Source: an uncultured Rikenella sp.
Lineage (GTDB): Bacteria; Bacteroidota; Bacteroidia; Bacteroidales; VadinHA17
NCBI GenBank assembly: GCA_964488645.1
Contig: CAZAVK010000001.1
Span: 65,215-129,214 of the forward strand
Reading direction: 5' to 3'
DNA: 64,000 nt
Shown: in pieces, positions 54,967 to 64,000 of the stretch
Numbering within the stretch: position 1 is the stretch's first letter
Layout: each line of letters opens with the position of its first letter
Notes under the pieces: model-generated
Seen by the model: the letters and a program-made list of their open reading frames with translations, nothing else
Database searches by the model: none
What the model was told of the DNA's origin: nothing
Translations under genes and position numbers: made by a program

Positions 54967-56331
54967 ATGAGTGGTTTTGATTTTTCTAAGAGAGATTCTT
55001 TCGGAAGCCGGCTGGGAGTGATAGCCGCAGCCGCCGGATCGGCCGTGGGGCTGGGCAATATATGGCGTTTCCCCTATATCCTGGGTGAGAACGGCGGGGG
55101 AGCCTTCCTGCTGATCTACCTGGTCATCGTCTTTGCGATAGGTGTACCGGTGATGATGTCAGAACTGGTTATCGGGCGGCGTTCGCAGCGCAACCCGGTA
55201 GGGGCATTCCGTATGCTGGCTCCCGGCAAGCCGTGGCACCTGGTAGGAGGGATGGGAATTGTGGCAGCATTCATGATCCTGGCATTCTATACCGCCGTTG
55301 CGGGGTGGACGCTTGAGTATCTCTATCAGACGGTTATAGGCGGTTTCCGGAACCAGGACTCTGCCGGCCTGGCCCAGATGTTCGAGCACTTCAGGCGCGA
55401 TTCACTCAGACCCGCCCTCTGGTTTATCATATTCATGCTTGCCACATCCGGCATAGTGTGGGGCGGAGTACGCAAGGGAATAGAGAAATCCACAAAGATT
55501 ATGATGCCCCTGCTGTTTGTGCTGCTGATCATCATGTGCATCAAGTCGCTTACGCTGCCCGGTTCAGGCGCGGGAATGAGCTTCCTTTTCAAACCCGATT
55601 TCTCGAAGATAACCGGTACAACCGTACTGATGGCCCTCGGCCAGGCCTTCTTCTCACTCAGTATCGGCATGGGCACCCTCATCACCTACGGCTCATATAT
55701 ACCTAAGGACAATAACCTGGCAACCACGTCGGTGCAGGTATCCATGATAGACCTTCTGGTTGCCGTGCTGGCTGGTATAGCCATTTTCCCGGCGGTCTTT
55801 GCCTTTGGCATCTCCCCCGAGTCGGGCGAAGCGCTCACTTTTGTGGTTCTGCCTGGTATCTTTCAGCAGATGCACGGCGGGATGATCTTCTCCTTCGCCT
55901 TCTTTTTCCTGCTGGCTATTGCAGCCATTACCTCCACCGTATCGGTTCTGGAGGTGATCGTGGCCTACTTTTCCGAGCAGCTGAACCTTAGCAGGCGTAC
56001 GGCTATACTTACAGCCACTGCAGCCATGCTCATCGTGGGTACGTCGGCATCGCTCTCATGGGGGATGATGAAGGGTGTTACCCTTTTTGGTCTCAACATA
56101 TTTGATCTTTTCAACTACACAACTGCCAATATCCTGCTGCCGCTGGGAGGCCTGCTCATAGTAGCCTTCCTGGGCTGGTTCTTCCCCGGTCAGAGCGTGA
56201 AGGACGAGCTGACCAACGGCGGCACGCTGAAGGCCCGTTACTATCTTCTCTTCCGGTTTGCCGTCAGGTTCATTGCACCGGTAGCAATCGCACTTGTCTT
56301 CCTGAACGGTCTGGGAATAATAAAGCTCTAA
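54967..56331 (+). CDS. Sodium-dependent transporter, neurotransmitter:sodium symporter (SNF) family
   Basis: GLGNIWRFPY signature with ~11-12 TM helices. Confidence 0.9.
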   Translation: MSGFDFSKRDSFGSRLGVIAAAAGSAVGLGNIWRFPYILGENGGGAFLLIYLVIVFAIGVPVMMSELVIGRRSQRNPVGAFRMLAPGKPWHLVGGMGIVAAFMILAFYTAVAGWTLEYLYQTVIGGFRNQDSAGLAQMFEHFRRDSLRPALWFIIFMLATSGIVWGGVRKGIEKSTKIMMPLLFVLLIIMCIKSLTLPGSGAGMSFLFKPDFSKITGTTVLMALGQAFFSLSIGMGTLITYGSYIPKDNNLATTSVQVSMIDLLVAVLAGIAIFPAVFAFGISPESGEALTFVVLPGIFQQMHGGMIFSFAFFFLLAIAAITSTVSVLEVIVAYFSEQLNLSRRTAILTATAAMLIVGTSASLSWGMMKGVTLFGLNIFDLFNYTTANILLPLGGLLIVAFLGWFFPGQSVKDELTNGGTLKARYYLLFRFAVRFIAPVAIALVFLNGLGIIKL

Positions 56332-56349
56332 CCCATTATTAACCGCAAC

Positions 56350-58092
56350 ATGCAAAAGGTTAACGATTTTCTTGTAATGCTTGACGGGTACCTGGGAGGT
56401 CACCCCTGGTTCATGGTGCTGCTGATCGGTGTCGGCATCTTCTTCACTGTCTATCTCGGCTTTCCGCAGTTCAGATACTTCCGTCATGCCATCCGTATCA
56501 CCCGGGGCAGGTATGATCACTCTCATGACGTGGGTGACACCTCTCATTTCCAGGCGCTGGCCACAGCACTCTCCGGCACTGTCGGCACCGGCAACATTGC
56601 AGGTGTTGCGCTGGCCATACACATGGGCGGCCCGGCTGCCCTCTTCTGGATGCTTATCACCGCCTTCATCGGCATGTGCACCAAGATGGTGGAGGTCTCC
56701 ATCTCGCATAAGTACCGCGATGTGCTGCCTGATGGCTCAATATCGGGTGGTCCGATGTATTACATGAAGAAGCGGCTCAACATCACCACCCGTAACGGGA
56801 AGGTTATCAGGACAGGTGTGGTTCTGGGCGCCTTCTTTGCAGGTGCAACCATGCTCTGCTCATTCAGCACCGGCAGCCTGCCGCAGATAAACAGCATCTC
56901 CAACTCCGTCTTCGCCACCTTCGGTATAAAACATATTATTACCGGCGCCATCCTCGCCTTTCTCCTTGGGTTGGTGATCATAGGCGGTATCAAGAGGATT
57001 GCGAAGGTTACCTCGGTGCTGGTACCGTTTATGGCTCTGCTGTATCTGGTGGGATCGCTGCTGGTGATCTTCTCCAACCCCGGCAACATCCTTCCCTCAC
57101 TGGCTTCCATCTTTACCAATGCCTTTACCGGTACGGCTGCTGCCGGCGGTTTCCTCGGTGCCTCTTTCGCCTTTGCCATGAACCGCGGGGTGAACCGGGG
57201 GCTCTTTTCCAATGAGGCGGGTCAGGGATCGGCGCCGATTGCCCACTCGGCAGCCCGTGCGCCCGAGCCTGTCTCCGAAGGTATGGTTGCGTTGCTTGAG
57301 CCATTCATCGATACAATATGCATCTGTACCCTCACCGGCCTGGTGCTGCTGGCCTCCGGAGCATGGAACACCAAGACCGATAACCAGTTCCAGCTGACTG
57401 ACGTACAGGTGCTTGCCGGAGTTTATCATGACGGCAACCCTGACGATGTCAGGAGCCTGGGAATGCATCTCAGGGGTAAGGAGCCACTGGAACTCTTCAG
57501 CGGCAGTATCACGGTTGAGAACGGAGAGATTGTAACTGCAGGTATTTCGGTGATCCATGCCCGTTCCCTGGCTGAGAATATCAGGGTGCTGGCCGGAAAG
57601 GAGCCTTACAGCGGTGAACTGGCTGTGGCAGCCGGGAAACTGTCACCACCATCGTCGATCGTACTAAGGGGTGAATCACTCCTGCACAGCGCCCCGCTGA
57701 CAACGTTTGCCTTCAGCCGCAGTATTCTGAAAGGCTTCGGCCCCTACATAGTAACCTTCTCCCTGCTGCTGTTTGCCTTCTCAACGGCCATATCATGGTC
57801 ATACTACGGTGACAGGGCAACCACATACCTCTTCGGACAGAAGTATGTGCTGCTCTTCAGGCTGGTCTTTGTTGCCGCCTTCTTCGTGGCGTCATTCACT
57901 GACACAACCATAGTATGGTCACTCTCATACGTTGCCATTGTGCTTATGGCCATGCCCAACCTGATAGGTATCTTCCTTCTGAGGAAGGAGATGAAAGCTG
58001 CCATCTATGACTACTGGCAGACATTCTCAGCACAATATCCGGATGAGAAGATCTCAAAAAAGATGAGCAGGCGCTTCCGGCTGAACCGGTAG
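56350..58092 (+). CDS. Alanine/glycine:cation symporter (AGCS) family transporter with internal insertion
   Basis: Motifs GTVGTGNIAGVALAIHMGGPAALFWM and NEAGQGSAPIAHSAA. A ~110 aa hydrophilic insertion follows LLASGAWN. Confidence 0.85.
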   Translation: MQKVNDFLVMLDGYLGGHPWFMVLLIGVGIFFTVYLGFPQFRYFRHAIRITRGRYDHSHDVGDTSHFQALATALSGTVGTGNIAGVALAIHMGGPAALFWMLITAFIGMCTKMVEVSISHKYRDVLPDGSISGGPMYYMKKRLNITTRNGKVIRTGVVLGAFFAGATMLCSFSTGSLPQINSISNSVFATFGIKHIITGAILAFLLGLVIIGGIKRIAKVTSVLVPFMALLYLVGSLLVIFSNPGNILPSLASIFTNAFTGTAAAGGFLGASFAFAMNRGVNRGLFSNEAGQGSAPIAHSAARAPEPVSEGMVALLEPFIDTICICTLTGLVLLASGAWNTKTDNQFQLTDVQVLAGVYHDGNPDDVRSLGMHLRGKEPLELFSGSITVENGEIVTAGISVIHARSLAENIRVLAGKEPYSGELAVAAGKLSPPSSIVLRGESLLHSAPLTTFAFSRSILKGFGPYIVTFSLLLFAFSTAISWSYYGDRATTYLFGQKYVLLFRLVFVAAFFVASFTDTTIVWSLSYVAIVLMAMPNLIGIFLLRKEMKAAIYDYWQTFSAQYPDEKISKKMSRRFRLNR

Positions 58093-58206
58093 CTCCCTGC
58101 CGGAGTGCGTATCTGCCATGGCAGCGGGCAAAAGCTGCTGATCAGCCCGGGGCAGTAGCCTTGTTAACTCCTGTTCCGGTCGACCGAAGCCTGGCTTGCC
58201 TTAGCA

Positions 58207-59100
58207 CTATTCATCCCCGGGCATTCTGGGATAGAGATCCTCAACCCTCACTGACGGTGTCTCCTCGACCACCGGCACCGCTCTGGCACTCTCCTCACCC
58301 CTGTTCCTGAAGTAGAGGATGAATGCAAGTATCGGCATCACGGGAGTAATTAGCGCACTGGCAAGAGATGATAGTCCGATGTAGAGCGGATTGCGGGCCA
58401 GTTCCAGGGCCGTACCGGCCTCTTCGGGAGTAGTGAACGAACGGATCAGTGAACCGGTAAATGGTAGGGTGGTGACGGCCGCAAGCACCATTGACACCAC
58501 GACGATGATCAGCAGCACGACAATTACCCATCCGAGGTTGGACCATATGCGGTTATGGGTCAGCCTGAATGCACGTGACAGGGCGGTGAAGGGGTTTAGG
58601 GTCTCTGTCAGCATCACCGGCATCACGAAGAGCCCTACCGTAATCATATAGAACAGGGCAAACAGTCCGGGCAGGATGAGCAGCACCAGGCCGATGGAGA
58701 AGAGTGCTGTCAGTATTATCCCGACCAGAATCATGGTGATGAGGTAGGGCACAAGGGTTATCAGGGTGATTCTGATGATCTGAGAGAGATAGCTTCCGTC
58801 TGCTACGGGTCTGATCAGCACCCATGCATGCAGGAAGACCCCGAAAGAGAGGGTTATAAGCATGACCAGGGCGTATGGCCGCGCCATCTGCTGCATCAGC
58901 CCCAGCATCTCCTCCGGGTCGGTGACTCCCTGAAATGAGGAAAGGTCAATCCCCGACATGGCCAGGGTGGAGAGGAGCGAAGCGATGACCGAAATCAGGT
59001 AGAGACCCGGGAAGTGCTTCTTGTAGAATGACCATAGTTTGTTGAAGGCGCTGTCGAGATCGGCGGCACCGGTGAGCGGATGGTTATCGTAGCTGTTCAT
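58207..59100 (-). CDS. Hypothetical polytopic membrane protein
   Basis: About 6 hydrophobic helices. Start trimmed to the ATG at 59100 (MNSYDNHP), because the longer ORF would run across the divergent promoter and into the GH2 gene. Confidence 0.5.
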   Translation of the reverse strand: MNSYDNHPLTGAADLDSAFNKLWSFYKKHFPGLYLISVIASLLSTLAMSGIDLSSFQGVTDPEEMLGLMQQMARPYALVMLITLSFGVFLHAWVLIRPVADGSYLSQIIRITLITLVPYLITMILVGIILTALFSIGLVLLILPGLFALFYMITVGLFVMPVMLTETLNPFTALSRAFRLTHNRIWSNLGWVIVVLLIIVVVSMVLAAVTTLPFTGSLIRSFTTPEEAGTALELARNPLYIGLSSLASALITPVMPILAFILYFRNRGEESARAVPVVEETPSVRVEDLYPRMPGDE

Positions 59101-59261
59101 GAACGGGTGATTTAATCGTTTACTGGTCCGGCTCAAAAATATTAAAAAAACTCTCAGCAGCCGTTCCCCCGTCGAAAATGGCAATGCAGCCCGGCAGCAC
59201 AACTTCATGAACAGATTTTTTTTAATATCTTTCACGCCTGATACTGACACCGGGGAGAGAA

Positions 59262-61868
59262 ATGAAGAGATTGCTGATATTATGTTTGCTGGTATCTGTC
59301 TGCCTGCATGCCTTGTCGCAGGAGACCCGTCTGACGGCCGGCTGGAAAGCCAGGAGAGCATCTGAGGTCTCTGCTGATGGTGCCGCCCTCACCGCTGAGG
59401 AGCCTGATCTGACCGGCTGGCTCAATGCCAACGTCCCCGGTACGGTGCTCACCACCCTGGTGAACAACGGCCTCATGCCTGACCCCTGGTACGGCCTGAA
59501 CAATGAGGAGATTCCTGACGTATGGGATGCCGGTCGGGACTACTACACATACTGGTTCTTCACCCGTTTCTCGTCAGAGAGCATAGACTCGACCCGCCAG
59601 GTATGGATAAACTTCAGGGGGATAAACTACCGTGCAGAGATATGGCTCAACGGTACGATGATCAGTGACGGCATCCATGAGGGAATGTTTCTCCGTCAGA
59701 AATACAATATCACCCGCCTGCTTAACTGCGAAGGCCACAACCGTCTGGCTGTCAGGGTTGAGCCTCCCCTTCACCCGGGCAGGCCCAATGGCGGGCAGGG
59801 GGGTGACGGCACCATTGGCCGCGACATGACGATGCAGTTTACTGCCGGATGGGACTGGATTCAGCCTGTCAGGGACAGGAATACCGGTATCTGGGATGAT
59901 GTCACCATTGAGGTTACGGGCGATATCGACCTCCGGAACGGGTTTGCCCGTACACGGGTACCCGGTGCCAGGCTGCCCGGTGAGCTGCAGGCTCCCGCTT
60001 TCGTCACCTTCTCGGTCGAGCTGGCCAACCCCACTGACCGGCTTGTGGAGGGCGATCTGCGGCTCGCCTACCTGAGCACCACTGACAGGAAGAAGGTCAA
60101 GATACCGCCAAATTCAGTCATCACCTACACCTTCGCGGAAAAGAAGCAGACCGATCCCCGCATCTGGTGGCCCAACGGCCTGGGACAACCTGCCCTCTAT
60201 CCGGTTGCAATCACCTTTCATGACAGACAGGGTAACACACTCGACAGTGAGGAGTTCATGTTCGGATTCCGTGAGGCAGGAAGCTATTTTGACGAGGAGA
60301 TAGGTTCACGTGTATTCACCATCAACGGCCAGAAGCTCTTTGTCAGGGGAGCCAACTGGATAGCCTCAGACGGCATGCTTCGTCTCAGTCCCGCGCGGTA
60401 TGAGGCAGAGGTGAAGATGCATGCCGACATGAACATGAACATGATCAGGGTCTGGGGCGGCTCGATCACCGAGAGGCCTGAGTTTTACGAGCAGTGTGAC
60501 CGCAACGGAATCCTGGTATGGCAGGACCTGTGGATCACCGGCGACTGCAATGGCCGCTGGCGGGATACCCTTAAGCTTGAGAGCCGCGAAGCAAGACGGG
60601 GCTATCCTGATGACAAGGAACTGTTCCTGCGCTCGGTGGAGGACCAGGTGAAGATGTTGAGGAACCATCCTTCGCTCTATATCATCTGCGGCGGGAATGA
60701 GTATCCGCCTCCGCCCGGCCTGGATACCCTTATTCCGCGGAAGCTGGAGGAGATCGATGGCACACGTATTTACCTGGAGGAGTCCACTTCGCCCCACCTG
60801 CTGCACAATACCCTGAGCGAGACAGCCGACGGACCATACAGCATACGTGATCCGCTCTGGTTTTTCAATACAAAGTGGCATCCTTTCAATCCTGAAATAG
60901 GCTCAGTGGGGCTGCCGAACATTGATGGGCTGAGGAGGATGATGGATGGGAAGGATCTCATTGTACCGTCAGCCGGCGAAGTGAATGAGGTCTGGCGGTA
61001 CCATAAATATATAGGGTATGGTGATTACATTGACCGGCTGGGCAAACCTGCGGATATTGCCGATTTTGTCAGGAAGGCCCAGCTGCTCAACTATGAGCAG
61101 TACCGTTCACTCTCTGAAGGCTACACCTCCCGCATGTGGGAGTGGTATACCGGCTTCCTGGTCTGGAAAAGCCAGAACCCCTGGCCCGGTCTGAGAGGTC
61201 AGTTCTATGACTGGTATCTTGACCAGAATGCCGGCTTTTACGGCTTCATGCACGGGGCGGCACCGGTACACCTTATGTTCAACCCGTCAGACAGCTCCAT
61301 TTCGCTTGTCAATACCACCCTGCGCGAGCGTAAGGGACTGCGGCTGGAGGCCAGGCTGACCGATGAGTTCGGGTATGAACTATGGAAGAGTGACCATGAG
61401 ACCGGCATCGAGGGACGCACCATTGAGAAGATCTGGAAACCGGACCTGGCAGGCGGAAAGGCGGCGGTGAGGTTCCTGAAGCTGCGTACCACCTATGTCA
61501 CTACCGGCATGCCGCTCGATGAGAGTGTCTACTGGATTCCTGGCGGGGGCGACAGGGAGAAGCTGACAGCCCTGCCCGAGACACGGGTCGTCGGACAGAT
61601 GATGAAGAGCAATAACGGGAAGTACAGTGTTGACATAGCAAACAGCGGAAACGTTGTCGCCTTCTTTGTCAGGATGAAGGTGATTCGTGCCACCGACGGC
61701 GAAATGGTGACTCCGGTCTTTTTTGATGACAACTATATTGTGCTGTTACCCGGGGAGAAGAGAACGATCCAGATCGACCTGACAAGGGCGGGTAATGAAG
61801 AGCGCTCTGTCCCGCTGTTGCTTCATCTTGAGGGTTTCAACCTTAAGCCGGTTCATATCAGGCTCTAG
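59262..61868 (+). CDS. Glycoside hydrolase family 2 (beta-mannosidase / exo-beta-D-glucosaminidase clade), secreted
   Basis: Signal peptide. N-terminal sugar-binding domain (NANVPGTVLTTLVNNGLMPDPWYG). TIM-barrel motifs NMIRVWGG and ICGGNEY. Candidate nucleophile region NPEIGSVG. Confidence 0.8.
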   Translation: MKRLLILCLLVSVCLHALSQETRLTAGWKARRASEVSADGAALTAEEPDLTGWLNANVPGTVLTTLVNNGLMPDPWYGLNNEEIPDVWDAGRDYYTYWFFTRFSSESIDSTRQVWINFRGINYRAEIWLNGTMISDGIHEGMFLRQKYNITRLLNCEGHNRLAVRVEPPLHPGRPNGGQGGDGTIGRDMTMQFTAGWDWIQPVRDRNTGIWDDVTIEVTGDIDLRNGFARTRVPGARLPGELQAPAFVTFSVELANPTDRLVEGDLRLAYLSTTDRKKVKIPPNSVITYTFAEKKQTDPRIWWPNGLGQPALYPVAITFHDRQGNTLDSEEFMFGFREAGSYFDEEIGSRVFTINGQKLFVRGANWIASDGMLRLSPARYEAEVKMHADMNMNMIRVWGGSITERPEFYEQCDRNGILVWQDLWITGDCNGRWRDTLKLESREARRGYPDDKELFLRSVEDQVKMLRNHPSLYIICGGNEYPPPPGLDTLIPRKLEEIDGTRIYLEESTSPHLLHNTLSETADGPYSIRDPLWFFNTKWHPFNPEIGSVGLPNIDGLRRMMDGKDLIVPSAGEVNEVWRYHKYIGYGDYIDRLGKPADIADFVRKAQLLNYEQYRSLSEGYTSRMWEWYTGFLVWKSQNPWPGLRGQFYDWYLDQNAGFYGFMHGAAPVHLMFNPSDSSISLVNTTLRERKGLRLEARLTDEFGYELWKSDHETGIEGRTIEKIWKPDLAGGKAAVRFLKLRTTYVTTGMPLDESVYWIPGGGDREKLTALPETRVVGQMMKSNNGKYSVDIANSGNVVAFFVRMKVIRATDGEMVTPVFFDDNYIVLLPGEKRTIQIDLTRAGNEERSVPLLLHLEGFNLKPVHIRL

Positions 61869-61963
61869 GCAGACCTTCCATCCTGGGGGTATGCATCGTC
61901 AGGCTGCCGGGCTGATTCTATCGTACGGCCCGGCGTGGTACCACCTTTTGTGCTGTCTGCCTG

Positions 61964-62659
61964 TCACCCTGTCCGGCTGATCTCCTCCAGCCTTGTCCGG
62001 TTTACTATGATGATACTCTTCTCCTCCAGCCTGATCACCCCGTCTTTTTCGAAACTCTTCAGCACCTTTACCGCTCCCTCGGTTGAGATGCCTGCAAAAT
62101 CGGCCAGCTCACGCCGTGAGAGATACCTGAAGAGATCGTCACCCCCGAAATTTTCAGGTGCCAGGCTGAGCAGAACGGTAGCCATCCGGCCGTTGGCCTG
62201 CTGATTAAGTACATGGTCAAGCGACTCGAAGAGTAGTTCATTGTGCTGGCAGTAGCGTCTTATGATATTGAACGCAAACTGGCCATTTCTCTTTACCAGT
62301 CCGGTGATTGCCTCCTTCTCTATCAGGAAGCCGGTTGTCTCGGTCACGGCCACGACGGAATAGCTGAAGGTGTTCCGGTTGAAGACGGCAGACAGGCCCA
62401 CCATCTCACCGGGAGAGACGATCCGCAGGCTGTAGTCGCGTCCGTTGCTCCCCTCTATGTATTGCCTTGAGTACCCGTTGACGATGAACACCACATATGA
62501 CGCGAAAGCTCCCTGTTTGGTGATGTTCTCACCACGCCTGAATATCACCTGTACACGGCTCTCACGAACCAGCCTGACCTCTTCGGGAGTAAGGGTGGCG
62601 AAACAGGGCAGTGTAATGTCACAGATGAAATCCTTGTCGGTATTGATTATGGTCTTCAT
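61964..62659 (-). CDS. Crp/Fnr-family transcriptional regulator
   Basis: cNMP-binding-like beta-roll and C-terminal HTH (RRELADFAGISTEGAVKVLKSF). Confidence 0.85.
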   Translation of the reverse strand: MKTIINTDKDFICDITLPCFATLTPEEVRLVRESRVQVIFRRGENITKQGAFASYVVFIVNGYSRQYIEGSNGRDYSLRIVSPGEMVGLSAVFNRNTFSYSVVAVTETTGFLIEKEAITGLVKRNGQFAFNIIRRYCQHNELLFESLDHVLNQQANGRMATVLLSLAPENFGGDDLFRYLSRRELADFAGISTEGAVKVLKSFEKDGVIRLEEKSIIIVNRTRLEEISRTG

Positions 62660-62675
62660 GGCTCCCGGTCAGCTG

Positions 62676-62683
62676 CAAATTTA
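62676..62683 (-). promoter_or_regulatory. Candidate -7 box (TAAATTTG on minus strand) for the Crp/Fnr gene
   Basis: CAAATTTA on the plus strand, 17 nt upstream of the ATG at 62659. Confidence 0.3.
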
Positions 62684-62838
62684 GGAATTAAGAGCTATTT
62701 TTCCAGCAGCGCCGTGGTTAAAGCAAGGCCTTGCCCGGCTGTCACGGCTGACCTGCGACAACTTTTTTCATGTCACGTTTCAATTCCTGCCATGAGGTGC
62801 CGGAGGCAGCAACTCACGGTACCTCTCCCCGGGGAGCC

Positions 62839-62846
62839 TACCTTTG
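62839..62846 (+). promoter_or_regulatory. Candidate -7 box (TACCTTTG) for the OsmC-thioredoxin genes
   Basis: Exact TAnnTTTG, 19 nt upstream of the ATG at 62865. It overlaps the TTG that the ORF track used as a start. Confidence 0.35.
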
Positions 62847-62864
62847 CAGAAATTTGCAGGAAAG

Positions 62865-63278
62865 ATGAAGACAAGAATAGAATCTGCCTGGAACGGCAGG
62901 ATGAAGTTTGATACCGAGGTCAATGGTCACCACTTTACCATTGATGCAGGAGGAGATCTTGGTGATGACAGCGGACCGCGCCCCAAGCCTCTTATGCTGG
63001 CAGCTCTGGCCGGATGTACCGGAATGGATGTTATCTCTCTTCTGAAGAAGATGAGACAGGAGGTTGAGCACTTCAATGTCATTGTTGAGGGCGAGGCAGG
63101 TGAGGAGCATCCCAGGAGCTATGAGAAGATGCACCTTATCTATGAGTTCGGGGGCAGGGAGCTTGATATGTCAAAGCTTGAGAAGGCGATCAACCTCTCC
63201 ATGGAGCGCTACTGCGGCGTTTCGGCCGTCTACCGCAAGGCAGGCATAGAGATGACCCACGAAATCAGATTGGTATAA
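62865..63278 (+). CDS. OsmC-family peroxiredoxin-like protein
   Basis: OsmC-type Cys contexts (LAALAGCTGMDV; ERYCGVS). Start set to the ATG at 62865 (MKTRIES). Confidence 0.85.
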   Translation: MKTRIESAWNGRMKFDTEVNGHHFTIDAGGDLGDDSGPRPKPLMLAALAGCTGMDVISLLKKMRQEVEHFNVIVEGEAGEEHPRSYEKMHLIYEFGGRELDMSKLEKAINLSMERYCGVSAVYRKAGIEMTHEIRLV

Positions 63279-63294
63279 TATCAGAATCAATAAG

Positions 63295-63648
63295 ATGCTT
63301 TACACAAATCTGAATCATATTGAGAGTGCGGGGCAACTGGAAAAGATCATCAGTCAGAATGAGAATGTGATGGTATGCTGTGGCCGTATGGGCCCGATGT
63401 GTATCCCCGTTTTCGGGATTATGGAGGCGCTGGAGCCGGTATACAGGCACGTGAAGTTCTATGACATGGATTTTGACAATCCCGAGGCACTGATAATACG
63501 TGATGCTCCAATGACCCGGGGCTTGAGGGGACTGCCTTTCACGGTCTACTACCGCAACGGTGAGATGGTGAAGGCTACCGCCAGTATCCAGTCGATGGCG
63601 CAGGTGAGGGATATACTTGACAGTGAGTTCGGCAGCCCGGAGGCGTAA
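63295..63648 (+). CDS. Thioredoxin-fold protein with non-canonical active-site region
   Basis: Length and secondary-structure pattern fit a thioredoxin. CCGRMGPMC replaces WCGPC, and a cis-Pro context (LPFTVYY) is present. Confidence 0.55.
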   Translation: MLYTNLNHIESAGQLEKIISQNENVMVCCGRMGPMCIPVFGIMEALEPVYRHVKFYDMDFDNPEALIIRDAPMTRGLRGLPFTVYYRNGEMVKATASIQSMAQVRDILDSEFGSPEA

Positions 63649-63733
63649 TGGGGCGATACCGGATCACTTTGTCGGAACAAGCGGGGAGGCGCACGCCTGC
63701 AGCCTGCCCTGAAATCAGGAAAATAAACCGGAA

Positions 63734-64000
63734 ATGAAGATGAAAGGATTGATTATTGCAATTGTAGTCATTGCTCTTATTGTGATTCTCTTTGTGAGGT
63801 CATACAACAAGATAAAGAATGCGCCTGCCGTAAGTGACAGTGATCTGATAGAGCACCTTACTGCCCAGAATTTTGCACATAAGACCAAAGGCGGCCTGGT
63901 GCTGGTCGATTTCTGGGCCGACTGGTGCATGCCATGCAAGATGATGGCACCCATACTCAATGATGTGGCTGAGGCAGCAGAAGGTACTGCCAGGGTCTGC
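63734..64000 (+). CDS. Membrane-anchored thioredoxin, 3' end outside window
   Basis: Not in the ORF track because no stop codon lies within the window. My translation from the ATG at 63734 is [21 protein letters not shown]...[26 protein letters not shown], with a canonical WCxPC motif. Confidence 0.8.
   Translation, partial: MKMKGLIIAIVVIALIVILFVRSYNKIKNAPAVSDSDLIEHLTAQNFAHKTKGGLVLVDFWADWCMPCKMMAPILNDVAEAAEGTARVC

Noticed and set aside
59101-59361. 87-codon N-terminal extension of the membrane protein ORF 58207-59361
   Set aside because: It would overlap the divergent GH2 gene start (59262) and the shared promoter region. The extension is Ser/Arg-rich without a hydrophobic segment, and an ATG at 59100 begins the plausible protein.
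59262-61868. Assigning the GH2 enzyme to the peptidoglycan locus as an exo-glucosaminidase
   Set aside because: It is 16 kb away, separated by unrelated housekeeping genes. The motifs I can see do not distinguish beta-mannosidase from exo-beta-D-glucosaminidase.
62844-62864. ORF-track start of the OsmC gene at 62844
   Set aside because: The codon is TTG and sits inside the TACCTTTG -7 box. The ATG at 62865 is the likelier start.
63715-63960. 81-aa minus-strand ORF at the window end
   Set aside because: The plus strand across the same bases encodes a membrane-anchored thioredoxin with a WCMPC motif. That gene is open to the window edge and so is absent from the ORF track. The minus ORF is its antisense shadow.
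1-64000. Genomic island, prophage or defence-system content
   Set aside because: I saw no integrase, transposase, tRNA attachment site, toxin-antitoxin-like small gene pair, restriction-modification or cas-like motif. Composition looks uniform by eye, and all genes fit metabolic or housekeeping roles.

Overview
This 64 kb window looks like chromosomal DNA from a GC-rich (estimated by eye, not computed), probably anaerobic member of the Bacteroidota. The taxon call rests on a SusC/SusD pair, many lipobox lipoproteins, TAnnTTTG-type -7 promoter boxes, an [FeFe]-hydrogenase operon and Hdr-like Fe-S proteins. All product calls come from motif and architecture recognition in the translated ORFs; no database search was possible. 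I support 46 protein-coding genes. I recognised no rRNA, tRNA, CRISPR array, transposase, integrase or phage gene.

Main blocks:
- 800-5902: a translationally coupled five-gene Hdr-like operon. Its order is HdrC-like, HdrB-like, short HdrA-like, a second HdrC-like ferredoxin, then a membrane di-haem-b-like + Fe-S + 2xCCG fusion. This resembles the sulfur-oxidiser sHdr layout but ends in a membrane module.
- 6701-13018: purL, a Memo-like protein and a class-C-type serine hydrolase.
- 13155-42874: a large peptidoglycan (muropeptide) salvage supercluster.
  - Regulation and cytoplasmic MurNAc steps: a GntR/FadR regulator, MurQ etherase and a BadF-type sugar kinase.
  - Divergent operon: a split Amidase_3-like giant protein, a GT2, a DUF4922/HIT-like protein, SpoIID/LytB, a GH9-deacetylase fusion and AmpG.
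  - Downstream metabolism: a FAD/Fe-S D-2-hydroxyacid dehydrogenase and a NagB-LmbE fusion.
  - Muropeptide processing: DUF1343/NamZ, an NlpC/P60 endopeptidase and a dipeptide epimerase.
  - Outer-membrane uptake: a SusC/SusD/lipoprotein trio.
  - A near-identical 15-bp palindrome recurs in three promoter regions of this block, which suggests one regulon.
- 42996-51110: housekeeping genes (Dcp peptidase, DUF3127, three PPIases, MnmD, a HAD hydrolase, transketolase).
- 51328-54767: a HydC/HydB/HydA-type [FeFe]-hydrogenase with an atypical H-cluster motif and a minimal NuoF-like subunit.
- 54967-64000: amino-acid symporters, a GH2 and a Crp/Fnr-OsmC-thioredoxin redox module.

Several ORF-track starts are non-ATG codons, or extend over promoters or into neighbouring genes. 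I trimmed those to the first plausible ATG.
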